Source: Deferrisomatales bacterium (GTDB taxonomy: Bacteria; Desulfobacterota; Deferrisomatia; Deferrisomatales; JACRMM01). Taken from it: 64,000 nt of DNA. The stretch lies in NCBI GenBank assembly GCA_033551855.1, contig JAWSUI010000012.1:19440-83439 (forward strand), written 5' to 3'. Of this stretch, positions 62,014-64,000 are shown in pieces. Every line of letters begins with the position of its first letter. Position 1 is the first letter of the stretch. The position numbers and the translations under genes were made by a program. The notes under the pieces are model-generated. The model worked only from the letters and a program-made list of their open reading frames with translations. It was not told the origin of the DNA and did no database searches.

Positions 62014-63546
62014 GTGGGCGGCCCCCAGGTAGGTGCCCGCCCCTGCCGCCACGAGCCCCCCGAGGGCCCCGGCGACGACGAGGCTGTCCCCCCGCCAGGG
62101 GACCCACAGGGCCGGGACCCCCACCACCGCCGCCATCACGGCCGCCGCCGCCCCCATGCGCAGGAAGGAGCCCGCCAGCCGCCGGTAGGGGAGCGGCCCC
62201 GCCCGGCCCCGCAGGTGCCAGAGGAGGTACGCCAGGTTGAACCCGTTGGAGAGGGCGCTGGCCAGGGCGAGCCCGGCGTGCCCCATCGGCCTCATCAGGA
62301 GCAGGCTTGCCGCCGCGTTGAGAAGCAGGGCCCAGAAGGCGGCCCACACGGGGGTTCGCATGTCGTTGAGGGCATAGTAGGCGGGGGCCACCACCTTCAC
62401 GCCGGCCACCGGGATGAGGGCAAGGGCGTAGAAGGCCAGGGCCTGGGAGGTGGCCCGCGTCATCTCGGGAGTGAAGGACCCCCGCTCCAGCAGGACCGCC
62501 AGGATGGGATGGGCGAGGACGAGGAGGCCCGCGGCCGCGGGGACGACGATGAACCCGGTCAGACGCAGGGTTTCCCCCAAAGTCTCCCGGAGGCCGGGAA
62601 GGTCGTTGCGGGCCGCCAGCCGGCTCAGGCTCGGCAGCGCCGCCGTGCCGGCGGCCACCGCAAAGACCCCCAGGGGGAGTTGGAACAGCCGCTCGGCGTA
62701 GTAGAGGTAGGACACGCTCCCGTCCGGCAGCCACGTCGCGATGACCGTCGAGACGAAGATGTTCACCTGGTAGACCCCGACGCCGAACACCCGGGGGCCC
62801 AGGAGCCGGAGGATCCGGCGCACCGCCGCGTCGCGCCAGTCCCAGGCGAAGCGGAAGGAGAAGCCCCGGAGCCGCAGGGAGCGCCACTGGAGCCAGAGCT
62901 GGAGCACTCCCCCCACGACCACCCCGTAGGCCGCGCTGCGCACGGGGGGGCTGGTAAAGGGGCTCAGGCCCACGACCGCGGCGATCATGGCCAGGTTGAG
63001 CACTACCGGCGCCAGGGCCGGGGAGGCGAAGTCGCCGAGGGAATTGAGCATCCCGCCGGCCAGGGCGGTGAGCCCCACGAGCCCGATGTAAGGGAAGACG
63101 ACCCGGGTGAGGCTCACGGTCAGCTCGAGCTTGTCGGGCTCCTGGGTGAACCCCCAGGCCAGGGCCCGCACCAGGAGCGGAGCCCCCAGCACCCCGGCCA
63201 CCGACACGGCCAGGAGCACCACCCCCAGGAGGGTGAAGCAGATCCGCCCGAGCTCGTCCGCCCGACTTCGGCCCCGGGTCTCCAGGGTCTCCACGAAGAC
63301 CGGGACGAACGCGACCGTCAGGCTGCCCTCGGCGAAGAGGCTCCGGAGCATGTTGGGGAGCCGGAAGGCCACGAGGAAGGCATCCATCGCCCCCCCCGCC
63401 CCGAAGTAGGAAGCGGTGATCACGTCCCGCAGGAAGCCCAGCACGCGGGAGAGGGCCGTGGCGCCGGAGAGGATGCCCACAGCCCGGGCGATCCGCCCGG
63501 TCTCCGCCTGGGCGCCGCTTGTCACGGGGTTCTCGGTCTCGGCCAT
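61951..63546 (-). CDS. murJ: Lipid II flippase MurJ
   Basis: SRVLGFLRD, FRLPN..R.LFAEG, AFVP, YYAERLFQLPLG. Confidence 0.95.
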   Translation of the reverse strand: MAETENPVTSGAQAETGRIARAVGILSGATALSRVLGFLRDVITASYFGAGGAMDAFLVAFRLPNMLRSLFAEGSLTVAFVPVFVETLETRGRSRADELGRICFTLLGVVLLAVSVAGVLGAPLLVRALAWGFTQEPDKLELTVSLTRVVFPYIGLVGLTALAGGMLNSLGDFASPALAPVVLNLAMIAAVVGLSPFTSPPVRSAAYGVVVGGVLQLWLQWRSLRLRGFSFRFAWDWRDAAVRRILRLLGPRVFGVGVYQVNIFVSTVIATWLPDGSVSYLYYAERLFQLPLGVFAVAAGTAALPSLSRLAARNDLPGLRETLGETLRLTGFIVVPAAAGLLVLAHPILAVLLERGSFTPEMTRATSQALAFYALALIPVAGVKVVAPAYYALNDMRTPVWAAFWALLLNAAASLLLMRPMGHAGLALASALSNGFNLAYLLWHLRGRAGPLPYRRLAGSFLRMGAAAAVMAAVVGVPALWVPWRGDSLVVAGALGGLVAAGAGTYLGAAHLLGLGDASRVVGVLGRRLRR

Positions 63547-63747
63547 GGGCAGGGGTCCTTGTGTCCCGGCGCGGGGACTGCGTAGCATATCACCTCGCCG
63601 GAGGCCTCCACGAGGGAAAGCTCGTCCCGGGATCCCCCGTCTCGGAGGACGGGGGATCCCAAGATCCACCACCGGGTTTTCGGGCCGGGCCGGGGAGCCC
63701 CCGGGGCTTCCGGACCGCTCCGGCGGCCGTTCCGCGAGGGGGTTCCC

Positions 63748-64000
63748 ATGCCCGTCGTCCTGGTATTCGCCAAGGAGCCGCGCCCCGGGCGCGTGAAGAC
63801 ACGGCTCGCCGCGGGTCTCGGCCCCGAGCGTGCCTGCGACCTCTACCGGGCCTTCCTCGCGGACCTGGCCCGGGCTCTGGCGGCGCCCCCCCCCGACACC
63901 CGGGTCGAGTGGTGGGTCGACGGCGACCCGGAAACCGTGAGGGCCGAGACCGGACCGGCTCCGGCGTTCTTCCGCCAGCCCCCGGGTGACCTGGGGGAGC
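63748..64000 (+). CDS. DUF2064/TIGR04282-type nucleotidyl/glycosyltransferase-like protein (partial, runs off the window)
   Basis: VFAKEPRPGRVKTRLA...YRAFL...QPPGDLGE. Confidence 0.8.
   Translation, partial: MPVVLVFAKEPRPGRVKTRLAAGLGPERACDLYRAFLADLARALAAPPPDTRVEWWVDGDPETVRAETGPAPAFFRQPPGDLGE

Overview
Very GC-rich bacterial chromosome segment. Gene content and order suggest an anaerobic deltaproteobacterium (Desulfobacterota/Deferrisoma-like); this is inference. Most of the window is housekeeping: rpsB-tsf-pyrH-frr-uppS-cdsA-dxr-rseP-tsaB, sdhCAB-mltG, a 2-oxoacid:ferredoxin oxidoreductase operon, rmlBDAC, cysS-uvrB-murI, feoAB, queD-folE2, fusA, mazG and murJ. Highlights not shown by the ORF track: (1) a probable small membrane selenoprotein (UxxC, in-frame UGA plus SECIS-like hairpin) between resB and a membrane polyferredoxin; (2) a chlI/chlD-like chelatase gene split by an A9 run, consistent with a programmed -1 frameshift; (3) a tandem pair of cytochrome bd subunit I-like proteins, each fused to a c-type heme, with no cydB; (4) an operon with EVE/split-barrel/PCP_red and USP/PCP_red fusions plus an ABC exporter; (5) a membrane-anchored GltD-like oxidoreductase with a RanBP2-type zinc finger; (6) several families of nested miniature mobile repeats with visible target duplications. 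No rRNA, tRNA, CRISPR array or transposase was seen. Start codons were chosen by eye.
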